Source: an uncultured Actinomycetes bacterium
GTDB taxonomy: Bacteria; Actinomycetota; UBA4738; HRBIN12
Direction of reading: 5' to 3'
Assembly (NCBI GenBank): GCA_963704725.1
Contig: OY969934.1
Location: forward strand, 768,001-832,000
DNA: 64,000 nt
Shown here: piece by piece, positions 45,581-54,203 of the stretch
Layout of the letters: each line of letters starts with the position of its first letter
Position numbering within the stretch: the first letter of the stretch is position 1
The notes under the pieces: model-generated
Told to the model about the DNA's origin: nothing
Databases searched by the model: none
Seen by the model: only the letters and a program-made list of their open reading frames with translations
Position numbers and translations under genes: made by a program

Positions 45581-45606
45581 GGCTCACGGCATCAGAGAGC
45601 AGCAAG

Positions 45607-45638
45607 GGGAGCGGCCTCGTGCCGCTCCCTTCTTCGTT
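45607..45638 (+). terminator. Intrinsic terminator
   Basis: GGGAGCGGC-ctcgt-GCCGCTCCC followed by TTCTTCGTT. Confidence 0.65.
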
Positions 45639-45763
45639 CGGGCGTTGCGCACGGCATGTGCACGAAGCGCGTTCGCTCCGATCAGATATCCGGTGTCCGT
45701 GGTGGTCCGAACGCGTCTCGAGGCGAGATACTGCATAGCTTCGCGAGCCGGAAGGACGATCGC

Positions 45764-46798
45764 ATGCGATACGACCCCGACCGCCACGACACGCCCACCA
45801 CGAAACCATCGAGGAGCCGAGCACCCTGGCTCGTGGTCCCCGCGCTGGTCGCGCTCGTCGCGCTCGCGCAGCCGGTGGCCGCGATCCCCGGCCCCGATCC
45901 CGCGGACGCGCCACCTGCCTTCACGATCTACGTCGTGGGCAACAGCGACGGGGAGACGGAGGCACTCGAAGCCTTGGACTTCGCGCGGGCCGACAACTGG
46001 GACTTCGGCGATCGCGAGGCGTACCGCTGCGCGTACGTGGAGTACATCGTCGGCGGACAGGTCTTGTTCAAGCTCGAGCTCGAGCGGCTCGCGGTGCCTG
46101 GACAGGCGGACAACTACGTCGCGCTCAACGACGAGGGCGGCATGGAGTCCGGGGAGGGCGGGAACCCTCCGTCCCCCGGCGATCTGTGCGGCATGCCCGC
46201 CGGCGCGGGACCGCTCCAGTTCGACGGGTCCGCGTTCGTCTCCGGGGGAGCGACCTTCACCGTGACCCGGGACGGCTCGCCCCTCGCCACCTACTCGCTG
46301 CCCGCGGTCTCCCCGACCAACCCGGAGTCGTTCTGGTCCCCGGGCAACGATCCGGGCGAGGCGTACCTGTGGTACATCGCGCCGGGCGAGGCCAACGACC
46401 CCGTCCTGCGATTCACGGTCGTCCCCATGGCGTCGGGGGTCTCCGTCGACGGCCTGCCGGCTCCGTCGCCCTCGCCGACCCCCGGGCCGGTCGGCGACCA
46501 CGCGAGCGACGTGACCCTGCGGCTCAGCGGCGGGCTCCGAGCCCACGGCCACGTCCGCGTGCCGGACGGGACGACGTCGTGCAAGGCGAACCGTCTCGTG
46601 ATGGTCGAGCGGCGCAGGCCCGGCGGCTGGTCCGACGTCGGCCGTGACCTCTCGGGGGCCCTGGGCTCGTACCGCCTCCACATCCCCGAGCGCGCGGGTA
46701 CCTACCGCGCGCGGGTGCTCGACGAGACGCTCGCCACGGGCGACGTGTGCGAGAGCGCGACGTCGGGGCCGCGTCACTGGCGGAGCCGCCACCGCTGA
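45764..46798 (+). CDS. Secreted two-domain hypothetical protein
   Basis: Signal peptide, acidic domain, PSPSPTP linker, basic Ig-like C-terminal domain with a Cys pair. Confidence 0.7.
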   Translation: MRYDPDRHDTPTTKPSRSRAPWLVVPALVALVALAQPVAAIPGPDPADAPPAFTIYVVGNSDGETEALEALDFARADNWDFGDREAYRCAYVEYIVGGQVLFKLELERLAVPGQADNYVALNDEGGMESGEGGNPPSPGDLCGMPAGAGPLQFDGSAFVSGGATFTVTRDGSPLATYSLPAVSPTNPESFWSPGNDPGEAYLWYIAPGEANDPVLRFTVVPMASGVSVDGLPAPSPSPTPGPVGDHASDVTLRLSGGLRAHGHVRVPDGTTSCKANRLVMVERRRPGGWSDVGRDLSGALGSYRLHIPERAGTYRARVLDETLATGDVCESATSGPRHWRSRHR

Positions 46799-46829
46799 CC
46801 CCCGGGCGCAAGATCGCCCGGCCGGCCGG

Positions 46830-47513
46830 TCACTCGTAAGGGTCTTCGGGTGCCGGGATCTCGTCGACGGTGGTGGCGGCGAGCCATGGCGTGTCGCCGC
46901 TCCCGGGCTGGAACGTCCCCGTCACCGTCACCCACTGGTCCCGCGCCGGGGGGTCGCCGCTCACGCCCGTGACGTGGAGCACGACGGGCGCGGCGTCGGC
47001 GGCGCAGCACGCGATCTCGTAGCGGGCCAGCCGGAACCCGTCCTCCTCGGAGCCCGCGACGAATCCGGTGAGCCGCACGGGCCTGCCGTGGAAGCTGTTC
47101 CCCTCGTGATCGAACGCCCGCTGGCCGAACTCCAGCAGCGTCATCGGCACGGGCTCGTCGCTCTCGGGAAGTGGGTCGAAGACCGGAGCCCCCGCGCGGA
47201 CGTCCACGACGGCCCCGCGGTCGACGCCGTAGCTGCCGAGCGTCGGCGGGGCCACGAGCAGGAGCGCCGCGATCGGCGCCAGGAGGAGCCATCCGACACG
47301 GACGCCGGCGCCGTGGTCGTGCGCGTCCTCCGACGGGGTCCCTCGGAGCGCGCGCACCAGGGTGACGGCGCCGAGCGCGATCACCAGCACCGCGGCGACG
47401 GCGAGCCACGGACCCATGCCGACGCGGACGTAGCGACGGTAGGTGCCCGTGATCGTGAGCCGGAGCAGGACGGTGCCGATGAGGAGCGTGATCGTGCCGC
47501 CGGCGGCCGTCAC
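46830..47513 (-). CDS. TIGR03943/DUF1980-type permease partner
   Basis: YRRYVR, APPTLGS, VRLTGFV, LARYEIACCAADA, WVTVTG. Confidence 0.85.
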   Translation of the reverse strand: MTAAGGTITLLIGTVLLRLTITGTYRRYVRVGMGPWLAVAAVLVIALGAVTLVRALRGTPSEDAHDHGAGVRVGWLLLAPIAALLLVAPPTLGSYGVDRGAVVDVRAGAPVFDPLPESDEPVPMTLLEFGQRAFDHEGNSFHGRPVRLTGFVAGSEEDGFRLARYEIACCAADAAPVVLHVTGVSGDPPARDQWVTVTGTFQPGSGDTPWLAATTVDEIPAPEDPYE

Positions 47514-48541
47514 AGCAGCCACCACCCGACCAGGACGCTCGACGCGACGGCGACGACGAGGGTGAGCGGGGCGAACCGGACGGCGAAGGCGCGGCCGAAC
47601 GTTCCGGCCTGCAGTGCGACGAGCTTCACGTCGACCATGGGCCCGACGACCATGAACGCCAGCCGGGCCCCCAACGAGAACTGCGTCAGGCTGGCGGCGA
47701 CGAACGCGTCGGCTTCGGAGCAGATGGCCATGACCACGGCCAGGGCGGCGAGCGCCACGAAGGCCACCGGCCCCGCGCCGGCCACCGTGTCGAGCAGGCT
47801 CCTCGGCACGGCCGTCTGCAGGGTGGCGGCCGTCGCCGCTCCCACGATGAGGAAGCCGCCGGCGTTGAGGAGGTCGTGCTGCGCCGTGGCCACGAACACG
47901 GCCGCCGGTCGCCCCTCGTGAACGGGGCGCCGGCGCACGTGATCGAGCAGCTCGTCGCGGCCGCTGCGCGCCCAGATCAGGCCGACGACCGTCGCGGCGA
48001 GCAGGCTCGCCAGGAGCCGGGCCAGCACCACCTCCGGCCGGCCGGGGAACGCGACCGCCGTGGCCACCAGGACGACGGGGTTGATGGCCGGAGCCGACAG
48101 CAGGAACGCCAGGGCCGCCGCGGGCGGCGCCCCCCGGGCGACGAGGCGGCCGGAGATCGGGACCGACCCGCACTCGCATCCGGGGAGCGCGGCACCCGCC
48201 ACGGCGGCCACCGGGACCGCGAGCATGGGGCGCCGGGGGAGGAGCCGCGGCAGGAACCCGGCCGGGACGAGCGCGGCCACGGCCGCGCTCACGCCGACGC
48301 CCAACACGAGGAACGGCATGGCCTGCACGGCGATCGCCACGAAGATCGTGGCCCAGTGCGCGATCGCCGGCTGGTCGAGGAGCCGCTCGAGCACGGGCCG
48401 GAACGCCGCGGCGGCCACCACGACGAGTGCCACGACCGCCACGCCGGCGTCGCGAGGGCGGATCCGGGCGCGGCGGGGGTGCTCGTGCTCCGTCGCCGGG
48501 ACCCCGGTCGCGGCAGCGCCGTCGCCGACCGCTCGCACCAT
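47510..48541 (-). CDS. DUF318/ArsP-type permease
   Basis: QAMPFLVLG, PGCECGSVP, LLSAPAINP, ICSEADAF, GPMVDVK. Confidence 0.9.
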   Translation of the reverse strand: MVRAVGDGAAATGVPATEHEHPRRARIRPRDAGVAVVALVVVAAAAFRPVLERLLDQPAIAHWATIFVAIAVQAMPFLVLGVGVSAAVAALVPAGFLPRLLPRRPMLAVPVAAVAGAALPGCECGSVPISGRLVARGAPPAAALAFLLSAPAINPVVLVATAVAFPGRPEVVLARLLASLLAATVVGLIWARSGRDELLDHVRRRPVHEGRPAAVFVATAQHDLLNAGGFLIVGAATAATLQTAVPRSLLDTVAGAGPVAFVALAALAVVMAICSEADAFVAASLTQFSLGARLAFMVVGPMVDVKLVALQAGTFGRAFAVRFAPLTLVVAVASSVLVGWWLL

Positions 48542-48692
48542 GGGCGGGGAGCATACCCCCCTTCCGGCGAGCGCCCGGGCCCTCGCGGGCACCACACCGG
48601 GGCGTTCACGGAGGGGTCATGCACGCTTCACGCAGACGTGGCAGGATTGCGCCTTCTCGTTTCGGTGGACCGTCGGCCTGGGGGAGGGCGAG

Positions 48693-50573
48693 ATGACGCG
48701 GAAGGTGCTTCGGGGCTGGGCTGGTCAGGTATCGCTGGCGATCGTCGCGGTGTGCGTGGTCCTCGCCGCGCCCCTGGCCTCACCGAATCGGGTCTCCAAC
48801 GGCGTCATCATCTCGGGCGCGAGGTCGCTGTCCGACCAGGTCCTCGTCAGCTTCGCCAAGCCCGCCTCGCAGCGCACCACGGACATCCACGTCCTCGCGT
48901 TCAACGACCTGCACGGGAACCTCGAGGCCGGCGGGCTGAACATCTACGGCCACTTCGCCGGCGGGGCCGCCTACCTGGCCAAGGCGATCGAGGACCGCCA
49001 GGCCCTGTACGGGGGTCACGAGGTGACCGTGTACGCGGGCGACAACATCGGCGCGAGCCCGCTCGCCAACGGGCTGTTCTTCGAGGAGCCGATCACGATC
49101 GCGTCGAACATGATGAACGTCGACTTCGCCTCGGTCGGCAACCACGAGTTCGACAAGGGCTCGGCCGAGCTCCTGCGGATCCAGAACGGCGGCTGCCGCC
49201 CGGTCGAGGGCTGCACCGCCGCCCCGTACCAGCTCCCGGACGGCACGACCACGGACGTCTTCCCCGGGGCCGACTTCCAGTACCTGTCCGCCAACGTCGT
49301 GGTGGACGCGACCGGGCAGACCCTGTTCCCGGCGTTCGGGATCGAGCGATTCAAGTCCGACAGCGGGACGAAGCTCTCGGTGGGCTTCATCGGCGAGGTG
49401 CTCGAGTCGACGCCGACCATCGTGACGCCGACGGGCGTGGCCGGTCTGACGTTCCAGGACGAGGCCGACGCGGCGAACCGGGCCGTGCAGCAGCTGCGGC
49501 GCCAGGGCGTCCAGACCTCGATCCTCGTGGTCCACGAGGGCGGGTTCCAGACGTCGCCCGCCTCGCTGAACGGCTGCACGGGCGCCCTCGCGGGCAGCCC
49601 GATCCTCGACATCGCGAGCCGCCTCGACCCCTCGATCAAGGTCATCGTGTCGGCGCACACCCACGCCGAGTACCGCTGCACGATCACCACCGACGGCGTG
49701 ACCCGGCTCATCACCAGCGCCTCTTCGTTCGGCCGGATCCTCACGGACCTCACGCTCACGATCAACGACAAGACCGGCAGGCTCGTCCAGGCCGGCGCCG
49801 AGAACGTGATCGTCGACAACGCTCTGAACGCGCCCGGTGCCGGCGTGGTCCGGATCCCGGACCCGTCCAAGGAGGACCCGCAGGTGGCGGCGGTCGTCGA
49901 CCAGTACGTGACCGCGTCCGCGCCGCTCGCCAACCAGGTGATCGGTCGCATCCAGGGCGATCTGACCCGGACGGGCTCGCCGCAGGGCGAGTCGGCGCTC
50001 GGCGACGTGATCGCCGACGCGCAGCTCGCCGCGACGGCGCCGGCGGGGCTCGGCGGCGCCCAGATCGCGTTCATGAACCCGGGTGGGATCCGGGGCGACA
50101 TGCACACCAGCGACATCTCCTCGGGCGGTGAGGCGATCGGCGAGGTCACGTACGGCGAGGCCTTCACGGTCCAGCCGTTCGGCAACAGCCTGGTCACGAA
50201 GACGATGACCGGCGACATGATCCGGCGACTGCTCCAGCAGCAGTTCGTCGGATGCGCGGTCCCGACCTCACCGCGGATCCTGCAGATCTCGAGCACCTTC
50301 TCGTACGAGCAGGACCCGGCGGCGGCCACCTGCGAAGGCCACATCGGCCGGATGTGGGTGAACGGCGTGGAGATCGGGCCGACCGACTCGTTCCGCGTGA
50401 CGATGAACAACTTCCTGGCGACGGGGGGCGACGGGTTCACCGTCTTCAACGAGGGGACCGACTCCCTGGGCGGCGCGCAGGACATCGACGCGCTCGTGGC
50501 CGCGTTCGGGGCGGCCGAGCCGGCCGGCATCGCGGTGCCGCCGCTCGATCGCATCGTTCCGATCGCGCCCTGA
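48693..50573 (+). CDS. Secreted bifunctional metallophosphatase/5'-nucleotidase
   Basis: FNDLHGNL, AGDNIG, GNHEFD, HEGG, AHTH, NPGGIR, VQPFGN. Confidence 0.93.
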   Translation: MTRKVLRGWAGQVSLAIVAVCVVLAAPLASPNRVSNGVIISGARSLSDQVLVSFAKPASQRTTDIHVLAFNDLHGNLEAGGLNIYGHFAGGAAYLAKAIEDRQALYGGHEVTVYAGDNIGASPLANGLFFEEPITIASNMMNVDFASVGNHEFDKGSAELLRIQNGGCRPVEGCTAAPYQLPDGTTTDVFPGADFQYLSANVVVDATGQTLFPAFGIERFKSDSGTKLSVGFIGEVLESTPTIVTPTGVAGLTFQDEADAANRAVQQLRRQGVQTSILVVHEGGFQTSPASLNGCTGALAGSPILDIASRLDPSIKVIVSAHTHAEYRCTITTDGVTRLITSASSFGRILTDLTLTINDKTGRLVQAGAENVIVDNALNAPGAGVVRIPDPSKEDPQVAAVVDQYVTASAPLANQVIGRIQGDLTRTGSPQGESALGDVIADAQLAATAPAGLGGAQIAFMNPGGIRGDMHTSDISSGGEAIGEVTYGEAFTVQPFGNSLVTKTMTGDMIRRLLQQQFVGCAVPTSPRILQISSTFSYEQDPAAATCEGHIGRMWVNGVEIGPTDSFRVTMNNFLATGGDGFTVFNEGTDSLGGAQDIDALVAAFGAAEPAGIAVPPLDRIVPIAP

Positions 50574-50585
50574 TCTCGCGGGATT

Positions 50586-50614
50586 CCCGGTCCGGGCCGT
50601 CGGCCCGGACCGGG
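50586..50614. terminator. Hairpin between convergent genes
   Basis: CCCGGTCCGGGCC-gtc-GGCCCGGACCGGG. Confidence 0.6.
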
Positions 50615-50623
50615 GCCTGCGCC

Positions 50624-51331
50624 TCAGAGCGGGTTGAGCTCCGCCGCCATGCGTCCGAGCCCGTCGCGGGTGGCGTTCAGGGCCCGGGCCAGGACCCGGC
50701 GGCCGTCCGCCGTGTCGGTCGTCTCCATGTGGATCCAGACCTCGACGCCCGCCCGGATCTCCTCAGGGGTGGCTCCCGTGACCACGGTGCGCAGGCTGAG
50801 ATGGCCGGCGATCCGGACGTCGCCGTGCGTCGCGGTGAAGGACAGATCCTGCGGCGTCCAGGTCTCCGACTCGAGCGTGAGGCGGATCGGGTCGCTCGTC
50901 CCCAGGAAGACGTCGATGTGCCCGCCGTGCGGCCGTCGGTGCACGTCCGGGAACCAGAACTCGTTGGCGGCCGGGTCCGTGAACTGACGGCGGATCTCCT
51001 CGACGGGGACGACGAACAGCTTGCGCTCGTCCCAGCCGATCACGGCACGGTCGCGGTCGCGGTGCCGTCCGGCCCGTGGGGCTCCGAGGGCCAGGGATGC
51101 CGCGCGATCGGCGGCCTCGAGGTCTCCCCGCGCCACGGCCTCGGCGAAGTGCCGACAGGCTCGGTTGGTGCGGCCCCGCCCTCCGGTTCGCCGTGGGCCG
51201 GCGATCCGTGACGGCCCGTCGGCCGCGAGAGACAGCGTCACCGCCAGGAGCATGACCCCGATCGCCACGAGCGCCGCGAGCTCCAGCCATTCGAAGGCAA
51301 CGGTCTGAGGCACCTGCATCGGGGGTCCCAT
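50624..51331 (-). CDS. Hypothetical membrane-anchored protein (possible SRPBCC-like C-domain)
   Basis: RBS GAGGAGG, N-terminal TM; fold assignment is weak. Confidence 0.55.
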   Translation of the reverse strand: MGPPMQVPQTVAFEWLELAALVAIGVMLLAVTLSLAADGPSRIAGPRRTGGRGRTNRACRHFAEAVARGDLEAADRAASLALGAPRAGRHRDRDRAVIGWDERKLFVVPVEEIRRQFTDPAANEFWFPDVHRRPHGGHIDVFLGTSDPIRLTLESETWTPQDLSFTATHGDVRIAGHLSLRTVVTGATPEEIRAGVEVWIHMETTDTADGRRVLARALNATRDGLGRMAAELNPL

Positions 51332-51432
51332 GTCGCTCGACCTCCTCGCCCCAGGTCTACACCCCGCGATCCGGCCCCTTGACCGGCCGTTCGTCTCATA
51401 GATCCGGGGACGCCTGTCCCGGGCGTGGTTCC

Positions 51433-51476
51433 GTCAGGACAGATTGACAAACCAGCGGTCGTCAACGTAGACTGAC
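51433..51476 (+). promoter_or_regulatory. Sigma70-type promoter overlapped by two GTCA-N8-TGAC operators
   Basis: TTGACA (51444)-N18-TAGACT (51468); palindromes at 51433-51448 and 51461-51476; leaderless ATG at 51480. Confidence 0.75.
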
Positions 51477-51479
51477 GCC

Positions 51480-51683
51480 ATGGGGACGACGCGGATCGCG
51501 GCCGACATGAGCTCCGGCGACCCGGCGGTCGGCCTCCGAGCGGCCGGCGCGCTGCACCGGCTGGCCGAGCAGGTCGAAGCGACCCACGTCCGGCTGGCCA
51601 GGGACCGCGGCTGGTCGTGGGAGCAGATCGGAGACGCCCTGGGCGTCTCACGCCAGTCCGTCCACGCGAAGTACGGGAGGTGA
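51480..51683 (+). CDS. Small HTH DNA-binding protein
   Basis: ARDRGWSWEQIGDALGVSRQSVHAKY. Confidence 0.88.
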   Translation: MGTTRIAADMSSGDPAVGLRAAGALHRLAEQVEATHVRLARDRGWSWEQIGDALGVSRQSVHAKYGR

Positions 51684-51689
51684 GGAGCG

Positions 51690-52157
51690 ATGGTCACACG
51701 TCTGGATCCGGACGTCCGCAAGGCGATGCTGCGGTTCGCCGCCGAGGAGGCAGGGCGGCGAGGTGATCGCCGCATCGGCACCGATCACCTGCTGCTCGGC
51801 CTGCTGCGTGATCGCGGCTCCCTCGCGGCGGAGGTCCTGGGCGTCGATCTCGACGCCGCGCGGGAGGCGTCGGCCGCGCTCGACCGGGCCGCGCTCGCCG
51901 CGGTCGGGATCGACGTCGGCGACCCGTCCCGGTCCACGCCCGTCCCCGCCCGACGCCACGCACCGCTCACGTCCGGGGCGAGAGCCGTCTTCATCGCGAG
52001 CGTGACCAAGGCACGCGCGGCCAAGGCCCGCCGGATCGAGGCGCGGTTCGTCCTGCTCGCCCTGCTGGAGCGGGAGCGCCCGGACCCGGCGGCCGAGCTG
52101 CTCGACGCGCTCGACGTCGACGTCGACGCGGTTCGCGCCCGGCTGTCGGCGGTCTGA
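51690..52157 (+). CDS. Stand-alone Clp N-terminal (Clp repeat) domain protein
   Basis: AAEEAGRRGDRRIGTDHLLLGLL and a second repeat RRIEARFVLLALL. Confidence 0.88.
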   Translation: MVTRLDPDVRKAMLRFAAEEAGRRGDRRIGTDHLLLGLLRDRGSLAAEVLGVDLDAAREASAALDRAALAAVGIDVGDPSRSTPVPARRHAPLTSGARAVFIASVTKARAAKARRIEARFVLLALLERERPDPAAELLDALDVDVDAVRARLSAV

Positions 52158-52189
52158 TCCCGCCCTCCGGCGGCTGCGGGTCCGAGGCT

Positions 52190-52414
52190 TCAGCGTTCGA
52201 AGAGCGCGAGCGCGGCGCGGGCCGCCCGTTCGGAGGCGTAGACGTGCACGTGGGGGCGGCCGGACCTGCGGAGCTCGGCCGCGGTCACCACGGAGGTCTC
52301 CACGAGGACGACGTGGGGGAGCGCCTCGACCAGGGCCACGCCGGCGTGCGAGGTGACCCGGTGGCGGGCGCCCCCGACCGCGAGCACGTAGCGTCGGTCC
52401 GACACGGGTCCCAT
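52190..52414 (-). CDS. Small hypothetical protein
   Basis: Compact ORF MGPVSDRRYVLAV...ALALFER*; no family recognised. Confidence 0.45.
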   Translation of the reverse strand: MGPVSDRRYVLAVGGARHRVTSHAGVALVEALPHVVLVETSVVTAAELRRSGRPHVHVYASERAARAALALFER

Positions 52415-52539
52415 CGCGCCCCCAGTATCCGGCGGGCGCCGGGGCGCCACATCGGTCCCTCGTCCATGGTCCGGACACCAGGACCCCTCCGGATGGGGGA
52501 GGCCGTTCGACGACCCCGCCGCTCGTGGGCGGACGCGGC

Positions 52540-52794
52540 TCAGCCCTCGGCCGGGGCCTCGGGCAGGAGGTCGCGCAGGGTGTGCAACGCCGTTGCCAGG
52601 GCGTCCGATCGGGTCATCCCCTCGGCCGAGGCCCGGCCGACGGCACTGCCGACGAGGAACGCGGCGAGCGGCGTGACCCGGCGCTCGACCCGGTGTGCCA
52701 CGTCACGGGCCACGCCGAGGAGCGATCCCGTCTCCTGTGCCGAAAGCGGATCCTCGCCGAGCGCGGTGGCGAGCTCGTCGATCCAGCCGTCCAT
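52540..52794 (-). CDS. DUF6457-like protein
   Basis: WIDELATALG...LLGVARDVAHRVERRVTPLAAFLVG. Confidence 0.8.
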   Translation of the reverse strand: MDGWIDELATALGEDPLSAQETGSLLGVARDVAHRVERRVTPLAAFLVGSAVGRASAEGMTRSDALATALHTLRDLLPEAPAEG

Positions 52795-52883
52795 CCATCC
52801 TCCTTCCCGGCCTGCCTCACAACCCTACCGAGGTGTCGGTGAACCCACGACGGTCGGCGGCGTGTCGCCGGCGAGACGGACGT

Positions 52884-52913
52884 CGAAGGGGCGGCCCGAA
52901 GGCCGCCCCTTCG
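52884..52913 (-). terminator. Hairpin downstream of the 52929 gene
   Basis: CGAAGGGGCGGCC-cgaa-GGCCGCCCCTTCG, 13-bp stem. Confidence 0.7.
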
Positions 52914-52928
52914 CGGGTGCGACGAACC

Positions 52929-53951
52929 TCAGACCGCGGTGCGGATCCGCTGCGAAGGAACGGGCGTCTCGGCCTGCCCCGGAGCGCGCCGGCGAACGAA
53001 CAGCGCCCCGGCACCGCCGAGGGCCGCCACGATCCCCCCGAGGATGATCGTCCACACGATCGGGACGAAGGCCACCCCGCTGATCGTGTCGTAGTCGTCC
53101 AGGTGCGCGCGGAAGGTCTCCACGACGCCCGTGAACCGTCCCATCGCGTCGGGCATCGAGCCCATCGCGGCCGACATCGACGGGAGGTTGTCCTGGAGGA
53201 ACGAACCCAGTGCGGCCTCGTCCATGCCGAGCTGCCGGCCGAGCGCGGGCAGCATCTGCTCCTGCATCTGTGTCCCCATAGCTCCCACGACCGCGAGGCC
53301 CTGGTCCGCGCCCGCGATCAGCTCGGCCGTGTACACCGGCTTCAGGTGCTCGTTCATCGTGTCGGCGTCCGACGCCTTGCCCGGAAGCGACAGGGCCAGC
53401 GGGACGACGACCAGAAGCGCACCCACGACGATCGCCGCGACCGCGACGGACCGTCCCGGCCGAACGACGATCGTGATGCCGATCGCGAGCAGCGCCACCC
53501 CGGCGACCGCGAGGCCCCACGGGATCGTCGTCGCGGGCAGCGACGCGGTGGGGATCGCGTCGGCGGACGCGAACCGCTGCTGCTCCGCATCGAGCGTCCC
53601 GACGACTCCTCGGAAGCTCTCGATGATCGCGGGGAGCTGGTCGATCCCCGTGGCCACGTCCGGGAACTGCTCGCCCATGAAGCCGACGAACTCGTCGGGC
53701 GACATCCCCAGCGCCTCCGAGAGCATCGGCACCGCGACGCCCGAGAACTCCTCGGTCACGGCCTGGAGGCCGTCCAGGTCCTGGCCCAGCGCTCCGATCG
53801 GCGCGGGCTTCATGGCCGGCCGGAAGCCGTCGGCCATACGCTCGAAGGCCGGTCCCACCGAGAAGAGACCGTTCACGATCACCGATGCGATGAATGCCAC
53901 GCCCACCGCGGCGACCACCGTTCCCGCCGTCCTGCGTTGCCACGTCTGCAT
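52929..53951 (-). CDS. Membrane protein with internal duplication
   Basis: Two similar TM-helical-TM halves (PMLSEALGMS..FMGEQFP / PALGRQLGMD..FLQDNLP). Confidence 0.75.
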   Translation of the reverse strand: MQTWQRRTAGTVVAAVGVAFIASVIVNGLFSVGPAFERMADGFRPAMKPAPIGALGQDLDGLQAVTEEFSGVAVPMLSEALGMSPDEFVGFMGEQFPDVATGIDQLPAIIESFRGVVGTLDAEQQRFASADAIPTASLPATTIPWGLAVAGVALLAIGITIVVRPGRSVAVAAIVVGALLVVVPLALSLPGKASDADTMNEHLKPVYTAELIAGADQGLAVVGAMGTQMQEQMLPALGRQLGMDEAALGSFLQDNLPSMSAAMGSMPDAMGRFTGVVETFRAHLDDYDTISGVAFVPIVWTIILGGIVAALGGAGALFVRRRAPGQAETPVPSQRIRTAV

Positions 53952-54203
53952 GTGCCCTCCCCTCGACGCCGAGCGCGCGAAAGCCGCTCGGTGGGACCAA
54001 GCCTCCGTCGGGCGGGGGGTGCGACGGAGGGTCGAACGGCCGCGCTCCGGGGGGGCTTCATGCCCGGCCCCGCCGGTGGGGTCGAACGGCCCCCCGCGAG
54101 AGTCCGGGCCGGCACCCCTGGCCGGCGACCTCGTGCTCGGCGTAACGCGATCGGTCCGGTCGAGACAGAATCGCGGACGCGGCTCGGGAGACGAGGGAGG
54201 CCG

